Below are positions 48,548 through 59,312 of a stretch of 64,000 nt of DNA, in pieces. How positions within the stretch are numbered: position 1 is the first letter of the stretch; every line of letters begins with the position of its first letter. This DNA is from Macrostomum lignano (lineage: Eukaryota): contig NIVC01002018.1 in assembly GCA_002269645.1 (NCBI GenBank), forward strand, positions 148,229 through 212,228. Reading direction: 5' to 3'. The translations under genes were made by a program, and so were the position numbers. Below the pieces are notes generated by a model, which was given only the letters and a program-made list of their open reading frames with translations, searched no databases and was not told the origin of the DNA.

Positions 48548-49419
48548 CGACGCGTCGGCCGTTCAGGGACTAGCGGAATGGGCGCCCGCGCCTTCCCGCT
48601 GTGTCCCCTCCGGGACAGCCCTGCAGCTAAGTCAAGTAAGTCAAGGTACTTGAAGACGAATGTGACAGAGAAGGAGGGGATCGGGGTGACACACTGCGAT
48701 CTTTGGTACAACAACTGCATGCTGAGTAGGGACTCTAGCGGGCATCCGGTGGCGTGTCGCATTATTGACTGGCAAGTTTTCGGCATCGGTTCCCTAGCTC
48801 ACGATTTCGGGCTGCTGTGGCTGTCGAGTATCGATAACTCCATCGTTATTGAGCAGTTTTTTCCATTTGTGAAATATTATTATGACACTATCCGGCGGTT
48901 TTTTGGCGACTCAAATGCTCAAGTCGACGAGTTTCCGGTCTCTCTAGAGCGAATGAAGCAGCTAGCCGTCGCATCGGTGCTGGATGCCATCATCATGACT
49001 GTTGTATCGGTTGAAATTCTGCCTGCGATTGCCAAACCAGACAACTGGCTAGCAAATATGGCTGACTTGATCCAGTGCTTCAAGTTATAATTAGCTGGAT
49101 TTCTTGTCGTAATCGTAACTTTATGAAGTCTTCTGATAGCTGATCTGGTGAAATGAATTAAGAGAAATACTTGATTTATTCTAATTTCTTTTAGATTTTT
49201 AGATGGTATTTTAAACACACTGTGATTCTTGTGTGTATTGTCAGCGTTTTTTCTACTGTTTTAACGACTAGTTAACCAAAATTTACGCCCTTTCATACAT
49301 TTTTCACGGTATGGAACGATGTGCCATGAACAATTTCCCAAGAGTGAATAAACGTGGACTTGTGAGGGTCTTAGTTATAGACTGTGTTTAGTGTTTACTG
49401 TCTATAGGTATAATAAAAG

Positions 49420-50401
49420 TGAAGTAGAACGCTGTTTGCTTCCCGGTTAGGCACTTAAGATTACCTTAAGACTCGAGCCTCTTCAGTGGGAAGTTCTCTC
49501 AACTCTCAGTAGCGTAGGTAGTGCTGCCACCAGTTCCTTCAGGTCTCGGCCTTCGATGAGGTGAGCTTCCCGTCGGAACGAAATAACGAAGTCAACGAAC
49601 TCAGCACCGGGTGCAGATTTGCAGTTCAATTTACAAGGCGTCTCGTCAGCAGCACCTGCCGGGCTTGGTTGGTATGGAGGGCTGAGTTAGCCTCTCGTAG
49701 GTTTGGGCTTTAGTGGGGTCTCAGTCAGACCAGTACAAACGGATTCAGTACGCAAAGGGCACTTAGTTAGACACTGACGCACACGGGATCTTAGTGAATT
49801 CTCCGCAGATAAGAAGCCTCCTTGACGGAAACAAGGGGAGAGGGGTCCTATTTATAGCCGGGAAACACCCACGCACAAGACCTCGTGACTTGTTCTATTT
49901 TTAGAACTGACGTCACTTGAGGTCTCGAGGCAGGGTATCAGTGCGCGCAAGACCTCGTGACTCGTTCTATTTTTAGAACTGACGTCACTTGAGGTCTCCG
50001 GCCAGAGTACACGCGGCTGTGTCTCAGTTGCTATTTTTAGCAACATGAGTCACTCCTCTCCTTAGAGAAGGAAGGGGTACGAAAGCACGTGATTCTCCCG
50101 GTAAACAGGGCCAACGAGTGCAGTAAACATGTTTACTGCACTTAAAGACTCCAAGAACACAAAATCTGTCATGTGACTTGCTCACAAGTCAGAGGAAAAC
50201 GGGACGGGAACGAAACAGACAGCCTACAGCAGAGAAGCTGAGGGCTGAGAACAGAGACGCAGAAGGGCAGAACAGGCCAAGGGCAGCAACAGACGGGCGG
50301 GAAGCTGACCAGCGGCAGACAGCAACCCAGGGCGGGGGCGAGGGCGAAGGAAGCTGCTGACAATAGTGCGACGCCTAACACCAAACTAGCGGATCACTAC
50401 A
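49420..50401 (-). mobile_element. Probable solo LTR (Ty3/Gypsy-like)
   Basis: TG...CA ends (TGAAGT / ACTACA); 4-bp flanking duplication AAAG (49416-19, 50402-05); TATA-like CTATAAATAG on the - strand near 49850; two ~66-bp direct repeats with TGACGTCA at 49880-50000. Confidence 0.6.
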
Positions 50402-51882
50402 AAAGTTTTTTGTGTTTTATTTAATAGTGCATAGTTAGTCTTTTTTTACTTAATAAAATTCTTGGCTCCATTTATTCATTCCATAGCAGTCTGCGAAGGT
50501 GTAACTTTGACAAGGACCTTGACAAGTCCAAAGATCATTTTAATCTATAGACCAAAAAAATTTTACCATCTGGAACTAAAGCTGCGGAATAATGTTGCTG
50601 ATCTAATCGCTTTCTTCAAACTTGTGACGTAACACAGTTACATGTACGTTAGGACACGTGACTTCGTAAATAATTTTTATGATTACAATTTATCGCTCTT
50701 CAATTTGCAATTGTTCCAATCCGCTTTTAATCTTGTAATTGCTACTTTGAAGTACTGATTTACTTTGATTTTGGTTGTCTCTCTTTTTGTAGCATTTTGT
50801 CATGGTCTTAAATGCTTCATTTTTAATATGTTGCATTGCGATATACATGCAATAGGCAGAATTCTATTACTACTGTTATTATTAGTTGGTCGTCCGCATC
50901 GATTTATGTCTTTATTGCGAAATTCGCTCGTAGCTTGTCCGATGTAACGGTAGCCATGCCAAGAAGTGTCCAAGAATCCACTTGCGTCACCACATAGAGT
51001 CGTGACTGGTAAAATAGGAAAGAAATATCTAGACGACACGAACGACGAGAGGTCACGGTAAAAGTCGCCCAAAAATCGTTGGAAATTGAAGCGCTTTGTT
51101 GTCTTCGGCTCTGAAGCTAATCTGAGCAAACGCAAGTGACTCTGGGGCGTTTCTAGAATGTCTCTGGCGCCGTAAAGTCGTACATGTATCTGAGGCGTGC
51201 TATAGAGTCGCTTTAGAATTACTGAGTTGCGCCTTAATTGCATCCGCGTCACTTTATAAATGAATTAGGATCGTTTTTTTTTCGATTAGTACAACTCTTC
51301 AGTCTACTTGAGTTAGTAGATAGTTAAGCACAAGCACAACGACTCTTGGGTGACTTTCTTTCGACTCTTTTACAGTTTTATACAACTCCCGTGATGCGCT
51401 CGTGACTCAAAAGTTACCCAAAAGTCGTTAGTCACTAGTACGGTAACGCTACAATAACGTTTTTAACGGGTTGATATTTTGCCAAATCATGCTCACTAGC
51501 TAGGACTCGCGTTAGAGAAGCTTTGAACGCCCTTTGACGACCGAAACCATAACCTTAGCTATAGGATTTTCGCAGCTCAAGTAAGTTAACTGAGCTTACG
51601 AATTAACTACAGTATACTTTAACTTTGACTGCAGATACATGTGCTTACAGATACGAATAAGTCTTTGCCTGGCTGTTTGCCCTGTGTGGCTCGAATCGAT
51701 ATCAAAGTTTTTCTTATCTCAGACTATATTTGTATTTTTACTTGTGCTTCGAGCGCGGCACAGCCAATCTACTAGCTAGTAACAACGACAAGGGTTCAAA
51801 CTTCGAAGCTTTTCGTTAAAAAAACTAGCTAAAGCAGTGTACACGACAGACCAGAAAACTCTGCAATTCGAGAACTGACAAG

Positions 51883-53016
51883 ATGGACTTCAAACCTATT
51901 TTGCAGCGACTGTTCAACTTGGCACAGAATGAAACAGACAGCAGTATTGAAGAAGTTGGCGAAGAGATGACTGGTGAAACGGGGTTCCTCAGCTTCAGGC
52001 GCAAGCTCAGGATCAAAAAAGAAGACTCAACAATCAACATCTTTCTCAAGTTCAGCGACAACAGCCGGCAGGAGCTCGGAGAGTTGAAAGAATTCAGCGA
52101 TCATTTTTGTCCGAGAGAGTGCCTGTTCTACGGCACCTTCGCACCCTTGCTGGAGCGGACTGCCTCTCAGCTGGGCTTGGGAAGCGTCGGCCTGCCCACC
52201 GTTCACCTGGAAATGGTGCTGCCCACAGGAACTCTCATTGTGATGGAGGATCTCGGCGAGGCTGGCTTCGAGCTGGCTCCAGCCACAATGAACGTCGCTG
52301 AAGCTCGCTGCGTGCTGAGCAGTCTGGCTCGAGTCCAGGCAGCGTTCTGGCTGACGAAAGCTCGACTGGGCAGTCCGGCTTCGGGTCTGTTCGGACCGCA
52401 ATCGCCTTTTAGCGACCCTTTGAAATCCCTTACTGGCACTGCTGTCAACTTTGACGCCTTCCTCGAACAGGGCTTTGAAGAGTTCCGTCACAAGTTTGAC
52501 AATTATCTAAAATGCGAGAAGCGAGCAGCCATTGTCAATGCCTACTTAGAGGATGGATTTCTTGAGAAAACTCGAAAGGTCTTGAAAGTAAATCAGGAGA
52601 AGAGCGAAGTCGTAGGCGTGATTCACTGTGACTTGTGGTACAATAACTGCATGATCAGCAGGGACTCTCGTGGTCAGCCAATTGAGTGTCGTCTCATCGA
52701 CTGGCAGTTCTTCGGCATCGGCTGGCTGACCTATGACCTGGGCCCGCTCTGGATATCCAGCATTGACAATGCCATCGTCACGGAAGAGTTTCTGCCTTGC
52801 GTGGACTTTTATCATCACGCTGTCCAGTCCGCGTACGAGAGCGCGATAGGGGAGAAGTTCCCAGTCTCCCAGGAGCAGATGAGGCAACAGGCTGTGCAGT
52901 CGTTGGTCTACGGCATCGGTTGGGTCATACTGTCTGCGGATACGCTGTGGGCGTTCCAGTCGGTTAGCAACGTGCTTGCCAACATAGCCGACGTGATCGA
53001 ACACTTCAAGCTCTGA
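51883..53016 (+). CDS. EcKL/choline-kinase-like (APH-fold small-molecule kinase) paralogue 2, 377 aa, intronless
   Basis: RECLFY, IVMEDL, Brenner-type IHCDLWYNN, LIDWQ. Confidence 0.88.
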   Translation: MDFKPILQRLFNLAQNETDSSIEEVGEEMTGETGFLSFRRKLRIKKEDSTINIFLKFSDNSRQELGELKEFSDHFCPRECLFYGTFAPLLERTASQLGLGSVGLPTVHLEMVLPTGTLIVMEDLGEAGFELAPATMNVAEARCVLSSLARVQAAFWLTKARLGSPASGLFGPQSPFSDPLKSLTGTAVNFDAFLEQGFEEFRHKFDNYLKCEKRAAIVNAYLEDGFLEKTRKVLKVNQEKSEVVGVIHCDLWYNNCMISRDSRGQPIECRLIDWQFFGIGWLTYDLGPLWISSIDNAIVTEEFLPCVDFYHHAVQSAYESAIGEKFPVSQEQMRQQAVQSLVYGIGWVILSADTLWAFQSVSNVLANIADVIEHFKL

Positions 53017-53611
53017 TGTCTGCGTCATGTTAACCGGCTTCGATAAGTTAAAACTTTATTAAAATCTAAAATTAGATCTTTATTTTCTATGTTAGCTTAA
53101 GTTACAGTTAGAAGTTGTAATTGAATCACAAGCGATTCGAAATGAGCATGCGACAAAGTTTCCTATGACATTTTTCCATACGAGCGTACTTTTGACTAAA
53201 AGAGCGCCAATTTTATTTATTCATTTACGCGTTTTAGGCTATCTATGAATAAAACAAATAAAATAAAAGAAAAAACAAAGCCTCATGTTTTGATTTAATG
53301 AGCTTTTTCCAGTGGTAATTAAAACATTTTCTAAGTTGCTTCCAAATGTTTTATTGATTTTCACGACCAGATAATTTTGATTTTGTCAGTTAAGTTGATC
53401 ATGGCTTTACTTTTTATGGGGCCAGGGGTTGTAGCTTATAGATGGTTAGAGCGTCGTGGGTAGAAGTAAATAACTAGAAGAGACGGGACTATGATATTGC
53501 TCATGTAATTCTATTTTCTAGTTTTTCGTTTCTGCTGCTAAAAGAAGCAATAGGAGCTTCCTGCTCAAGCGCAGAGATGCTGACTAACGACTGAGCACAG
53601 TCGATCGCGAT

Positions 53612-54763
53612 CTACAGACCGAAATGCTCAATCAAATCAGCGACATTGTTGAGTACATTGTCAATCCGACGAAGCACTGGAATCATCTCGGCGAACGTGA
53701 CCAGCCAGGTGATGCCCCAGTTGAGCGACTGGACAGCCTGCTTCCTTATCGTCTCCTTGGAGACCGGGAACTCTTGCTGCAGCCCCGTCTTGTACAGAGA
53801 TCGAATGGTCTCGTCGTACAACTCCACACACGGCAGGTATTGCTCCACGGCGATGGCGTTGTCAATGCTGGATATCCAGAACGGCCCCAGGTCGAAGGTC
53901 AGCCGACCAATTCCGAACACCTGCCAGTCGATCAGGCGGCACTCGACAGGCTGTCCGCTGGCGTCTCTGCTGAGCATGCAGTTGTTGTACCACAGGTCCG
54001 AGTGCGTTATGCCCACTACTTCACGCTCCTCTTGGCCCGACTTGATCACCTGCTGAGCCTTCTTAAGATAGTCCCTATCCAGGTAGCCGTTGATGATGGC
54101 TATTCGCTTGTCGCACGTCATGTACTTTGCGAATTCGCGGCGGAACAACTCGAAACCGGCCGGTAGGAGCTCGTCCATGCTCTTCTTGGTTGCGGACAGG
54201 GCAAAGAAACCGTCGGACAGAGGCGACTGCGGTCCGAACAGACCCGAAGCCGGACTGCCCAGCCGAGCTTTCGTCAGCCAGAACGCCGCCTGAACTCGAG
54301 CCAGACTGCTAAGCACGCAGCGAGCTTCAGCAACGTTCATTGTGGCTGGAGCCAGCTCGAAGCCAGCCTCGCCGAGATCCTCCATCACAATGAGAGTTCC
54401 TGTAGGCAGCACCATCTCCAGGTGGACTGTGGGCAGGCCGATGCTTCCCAAGCCCAGCTGAGAGGCAGTCCGCTCCAGCAAGGGTGCGAAGGTGCCGTAG
54501 AACAAGCACTCTCTCGGACAGAAGCAGTCCATCAATTCCTTCAGCTCGCCCGAGTCCTGTCGGGTTGTGTCGCTGAACTTGAGAAACACATTGATGGTTG
54601 AGTCGCCCTTCTTAACCTTGAGCCGGCGCCGGTAGCTGAGGAACCCAGTTTCTCCCGTCATCTCCTCGCCCGCCGACGCGATGCACCGGTCGGCCTCGTC
54701 CTCAGTCAGGCTGAACAGTCGAGACAAAATCGCCCTAAAGTCCATTTGTCCGTTTGTTTCCAT
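53612..54763 (-). CDS. EcKL/choline-kinase-like paralogue 3, ~383 aa, intronless, convergent with paralogue 2
   Basis: RECLFY, IVMEDL, THSDLWYNN, LIDWQ. Confidence 0.88.
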   Translation of the reverse strand: METNGQMDFRAILSRLFSLTEDEADRCIASAGEEMTGETGFLSYRRRLKVKKGDSTINVFLKFSDTTRQDSGELKELMDCFCPRECLFYGTFAPLLERTASQLGLGSIGLPTVHLEMVLPTGTLIVMEDLGEAGFELAPATMNVAEARCVLSSLARVQAAFWLTKARLGSPASGLFGPQSPLSDGFFALSATKKSMDELLPAGFELFRREFAKYMTCDKRIAIINGYLDRDYLKKAQQVIKSGQEEREVVGITHSDLWYNNCMLSRDASGQPVECRLIDWQVFGIGRLTFDLGPFWISSIDNAIAVEQYLPCVELYDETIRSLYKTGLQQEFPVSKETIRKQAVQSLNWGITWLVTFAEMIPVLRRIDNVLNNVADLIEHFGL

Positions 54764-55889
54764 TTTTTCCTTTCCTTTCACGCAGTTTTATTCACGGTAG
54801 AACTGCCTATATAGACAGCAGGGTTTTGCGAAGTGTTTGTACACTGAGTGTTTTTCTCTCCCAGGGTAGAGCGACCGAGTGCAGAGTTTACCCAGAAACT
54901 GTCTGTCACACCCCAGCTAAAAGTTTGGCCGTCATTTTGATAGCAAAGGGTAGAGAATAAATTGGGGTTGAGCGGCAGGAGAGTACATTCATTATTGAGA
55001 GTGCACTCGGATAAGATCTCTAACCCCCATACCAATGAACTGCGAGCTGCATGTACGAGTAAGATGTTTGTTGTTAAACGAGGGTCCTAGTGGGCTGGCC
55101 AAACCACTGAGAATAGTGGGGTGGGTCCTTAGAGTTTATGTGCTACTAACAGTAGCGCTATATGGACTTTCGTTCAATTCCTACAAAGACGGTCTAGTTT
55201 TTTATAATTTAACCATTATCTATCTCGTACTAGCTATCTCAACTACATTCAGCTATCTCAACTACATTTAGCTCCCTTAGTGGCTCCTCCCTTGAGGTGC
55301 AAATGTACCTCCATGGCCCGCTCCCACCATGACCCTTCCATCGGTTTTCGATTTCGCTATGACCTTCAATCTATTAAAATCTTTATTTCGCAAATTTTTA
55401 GTCAGCCCAAGTACACAGCAGCCTTCAGTCCAGGACTACCAAGTGCTGCTGTGTGGTTAAAAAATTGCGTGAACCGAAAAAGTTAAAAGTGAGTGCATTG
55501 CAACACGAACACTCCAGCCTCTCAGCTACATCAGCTTTAGTGCTGCTGCTATATAGCGTTTTAGTGTTTCGCTTCTTTTCCTCGAAAGAAGGACGAGAAA
55601 ATGTTGAACGAAGCGTTGCACTTCAGGGTTCGTCAGCTGTTGCTGCAATTAAGTTTTTAATATTCGGGGATTTCTCGAGCGTTCGAAACATTTTCCCCGG
55701 AGATGTCCGCAGGGGGAAGTTCGAAATGAATAAGCCGAGGAAAAGTTCAAGTGCTGGGGCAGAGGTCAGTTCTAACGAGGGGAAATGCTCACGACTCGAC
55801 TTTGAATAATCGCGTCCTTATTGTAACAAAATCTGTTCTATTATTTGAGTTTACGAATGTTAAATATTTCTATATTAATTTCCCAAGAT

Positions 55890-56945
55890 TTGCATAGAAT
55901 TCTCTTGATCTGCATAGATTCTCTAGATCTGCAAAGGTTTCTATAGATCTGCATAAAAGTCTCTAGATCTGAATAGATTTCCCTAGATCTGCATGGGTTT
56001 CTATAGATCTGCATAGGTTTCTCTAGATCTGCATAGATTCTCTAGATCTGCGTAGGTTTCTCTAGATCTGCATAGATTCTCTAGATCTGCATAGATTCTC
56101 AAGATCTGCATAGATTCTCTAGATCTGCATAGATTTCTCTAGATCTGCATAGATTCTCTAGATCTGTGTAGGTTTTTCTATGCATAGATTCTCTAGATCT
56201 GTGTAGGTTTCTATGCATAGATTCTCTAGATCTGCATAGATTCTCAAGATCTGCATAGATTTCTCTAGATCTGCATAGATTTCTCTAGATCTGCAAAGGT
56301 TTCTATAGATCTGCAAAGGTTTCTATAGATCTGCATAGAAGTCTCTAGATCTGAATAGATTTCCCTAAATCTGCATGGGTTTCTATAGATCTACATAGGT
56401 TTCTCTAGATCTGCATAGATTTCTCTAGATCTGCATAGATTCTCTAGATCTGTGTAGGTTTCTCTAGATCTGCATAGGTTTCTCTAGATCTGCATAGATT
56501 TCTCTAGATCTGCATAGATTCTCTAGATCTGCATAGATTTCTTTAGATCTGCAAAGGTTTCTATAGATCTGCATAGAAGTCTCTAGATCTGAATAGATTT
56601 CCCTAAATCTGCATGGCTTTCTATAGATCTACATAGGTTTCTCTAGATCTGCATAGATTCTCTAGATCTGCGTAGGTTTCTCTAGATCTGCATAGATTTC
56701 TCTAGATCTGCAAATGTTTCTATAGATCTGCATAGGTTTCTCTAGATCTGCATAGATTTCTCTAGATCTGCAAAGGTTTCTATAGATCTGCATAGGTTTC
56801 TCTAGATCTGCATAGATTTCTCTAGATCTGCAAAGGTTTCTATAGATCTGCATAGAAGTCTCTAGATCTGAATAGATTTCCCTAGATCTGCATAGATTTC
56901 TATAGATCTGCATAGGTTTCTCTAGATCTCCACAGATTTCTAGCT
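55890..56945. repeat. 20/21-bp minisatellite (TCTAGATCTGCATAGATTTC)
   Basis: Directly visible tandem array. Confidence 0.95.
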
Positions 56946-57619
56946 GCATTGATCTGTTATGGATTTCTCAGTCATCGGCTGTCTTGCAGCTAAAACATAT
57001 TCTTATACCAATGGAATCTGTCTAGTGTGTGACATATGGCGTTTTTTATCCCTTAAGTGACTCTAGTCTAGATGTGTATCGAGACTGTGGGGGGTCTGAG
57101 TGATCCCCTAGCCATATAAAACACTCTCCCAAGAAACCGATAAACTGACTGCCATGCAATGAGATAAAAAGCTCTCTGACTGCACTGAGCTGCCAGCGAA
57201 CTGGCAACGGACCATGGCGATACACGCGGATTTCCACACTTTACACAGCAACTTAAAGACAAGGAGTTGCCCTGCTGCGATGCAATATATAGCCCATGGT
57301 TTACACGCCGGCTCTGCGGCTGCGGACTGAGGCTGAAGACAGAACGGCCAACCGCTTTATGATGGAGAAAGTGCTGGAAGCTGCCCACTCCCCCCCCCAA
57401 GTTTCTGGCCCGTGTAGCCGACCGAAAATCAATTGAGGCCGGGATCGATTTAATGCGGGGCGACGAGGCGCGGGACGGATAGGGGAGACCGCGGCTGCTG
57501 CTGGCGAGGGCTGGGAGAACCCGGCCAGAATCCATAATTTCAATCACTGGGCTCTGTTTTTGCTGCGACGCTCAGGCCTTTTAAAGTGGCATTTTTAGCG
57601 CTTTGAACCTGCGATCGGC

Positions 57620-57665
<46 letters not shown>
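57620..57665. repeat. (TATC)n microsatellite abutting the Polinton-like terminus
   Basis: About 11 units, followed immediately by AGTAG. Confidence 0.95.
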
Positions 57666-57707
57666 AGTAGAAGGCATGAGGGGGCTTCTGGGACAAAATT
57701 TTTCACT

Positions 57708-57925
57708 TCCTCCATAATCCACCTAAATCCATCCATATAATCCCTGACAGAATCAGAAAAAAAGGGGGGTCGCACCCGCTCACAAAACCTCCTCCATAAT
57801 CCACCTAAATCCATCCATATTATCCCTGACAGAATCTTGAAAAAGGGGAGGGGTCGCACTTGCTCCGAAAACTTCGAACATAATCCTATTAAATCCATCC
57901 ATATTATCCCTGACAGAATCAGAGC
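57708..57925. repeat. Subterminal ~80-bp tandem repeats (x3) in the presumed Polinton TIR
   Basis: cataatcc(a/t)(c/a)(c/t)taaatccatccatat(a/t)atccctgacagaatc occurs three times. Confidence 0.85.
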
Positions 57926-58134
57926 ATAACCGGTGTCCTAATGTTATGCTCTGAGGGTTTATGCTCTAAGCATAAAAGCTCCAAATCCACCCATAGCATG
58001 TTCGAAACAATCAGAAAATAATCTGCATTCTTCTCCCCACATTCAATCCGAAGCGGCGAAACCAGATCCCCAAGACTTTAAATCATCAGCGCAGGGTCCT
58101 CACCCTTTGAAAAAAATTAAATTCTCAATAAAAA

Positions 58135-58425
58135 ATGTTTCCAGTTGTCTCTCCAGGTTCTTATTATACTCAGCCCCATCCATTGTACAAATCCAAGTAC
58201 CGATGCAAACTAGAATGCAGCGAGTACATGAGAAAATATTGGCCTGACGTTGATATCAATGGCCCTAATATTAATCAAGCACTTAAATCTCACTGGTTTG
58301 AAAAACACGGAGTAGTCATTAACGATTATGACAGCTACTATAACTTTGCTGAAGTTATAAGGCAATTGAAGTGGCCAACTATAAGGTTGTACCTGGTGGC
58401 TTATATCGTAATTTTACAAGTCTGA
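58135..58425 (+). CDS. Small hypothetical viral ORF, 96 aa
   Basis: ATG preceded by AATAAAAA like the other viral ORFs; convergent with the penton gene; no family recognised. Confidence 0.5.
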   Translation: MFPVVSPGSYYTQPHPLYKSKYRCKLECSEYMRKYWPDVDINGPNINQALKSHWFEKHGVVINDYDSYYNFAEVIRQLKWPTIRLYLVAYIVILQV

Positions 58426-58432
58426 AGACGAC

Positions 58433-59290
58433 TCACATTCTCTCTATAACAATTGTTAGCACAAACTCTTCCCCGTTAAAATCGACACCAACTCCATCCT
58501 CTGTTTCAAACTGCAGAACGATTTCATGTATCTCTCTATTACTCAGAATCACTCTTTTCACGGGGTTTGGCTTTTGCACAAGCATTTTGCCACCAGCAAC
58601 AGAGTTTGAAATGTTAAAAAGTATGTTGGTTCGTTTGCCTTTGAATATCCAATCATGGCTCAGATTGCTACGAATTAATATATTCAAACCTTTGACAATG
58701 TCAGCGATATTTGGCGCCAAGTACATACCGGATATTAGCCGGGACACAGCAACAGTGCCAGGCGCCTGCAGCGGGCTTTGGTCTGTGGCGCCACCATAAA
58801 CTCTCTTTTCAAATCCCAACTCGCGATACCAAGTGCCATCTTTAAACTCTACCTCTGCGTCCTTATGAACTTGCAAGATAACTCTCATGACAGTTAGATC
58901 ATAAGTTAATCTAACAGGGAACAGTTTATTTTCTGGTTTGCTTTCATCCGGTATCTCAAAATGCTTTCGTTTAGTGAAGACGTTCTCCAAGAAGTAATTA
59001 TAAGTATCCACGCTCTGTGTGCTGACAGGAAATATCACAACCTCTGTTGTAGTACGCTTCCATTTGTAATAAAACTTGTTATTTTCCGCTGTCACATTGG
59101 GAACATTTGACCACCCAGTGAAATCATTGAGATAGACGTGGTAATTCGCCTCGGGATCCAAACGAAGTGGTTGCTCCAATTTTTGAATGAAGATTCCGTT
59201 TGACTCAGTAATGCGACCCGCTACAGTGATTGGAATGCTCTCCTTAGAGTGTGAAACAATGTTGTTTAGTCTTTCGGCTATGGCTTCCAT
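58433..59290 (-). CDS. Minor capsid protein (penton, single jelly-roll), 285 aa
   Basis: PLRLDPEANYHVYL...WSNVPNV..ENNKFYY, RELGF, ADIV..LNILIRSNL, NILFNI...GKMLVQKP, VDFNGEEFVLTIVI: pattern typical of Polinton/adintovirus minor capsid proteins. Confidence 0.8.
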   Translation of the reverse strand: MEAIAERLNNIVSHSKESIPITVAGRITESNGIFIQKLEQPLRLDPEANYHVYLNDFTGWSNVPNVTAENNKFYYKWKRTTTEVVIFPVSTQSVDTYNYFLENVFTKRKHFEIPDESKPENKLFPVRLTYDLTVMRVILQVHKDAEVEFKDGTWYRELGFEKRVYGGATDQSPLQAPGTVAVSRLISGMYLAPNIADIVKGLNILIRSNLSHDWIFKGKRTNILFNISNSVAGGKMLVQKPNPVKRVILSNREIHEIVLQFETEDGVGVDFNGEEFVLTIVIERM

Positions 59291-59312
59291 TTTTTTATTG
59301 AAAAAAAATTAT

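Larger units (their letters stand above)
42752..48643 (+). mobile_element. Full-length non-LTR retrotransposon (APE-RT-RNaseH-CCHC; I/R1/Loa-like group), ~5.9 kb
   Basis: 15-bp TSD AGGTACTTGAAGACG at 42737-42751 and 48644-48658; ~510-nt 5' UTR, ORF1, ORF2, 3' tail AAGTCAAGTAAGTCA. Confidence 0.95.
42038..49090 (+). pseudogene. EcKL/choline-kinase-like paralogue 1, split by a LINE insertion
   Basis: 42038..42751 joined to 48659..49090 restores AQRYLKT|NVTEKEGIGVTHCDLWYNN...IIDWQ in frame and collinear with paralogues 2 and 3. Confidence 0.92.

Noticed and set aside
48560-48640. HDV-like ribozyme call
   Set aside because: Strand order and P1/P2 pairings could not be satisfied; kept only as a conserved 3' structure.
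50800-51252. 150-aa ORF between the solo LTR and paralogue 2
   Set aside because: No ATG start, no motifs, no splice support.
57040-57619. GC-rich segment and 159-aa ORF next to the TATC repeat
   Set aside because: No recognisable domain; lies outside the AGTAG terminus; could be a retroelement UTR but this is unsupported.
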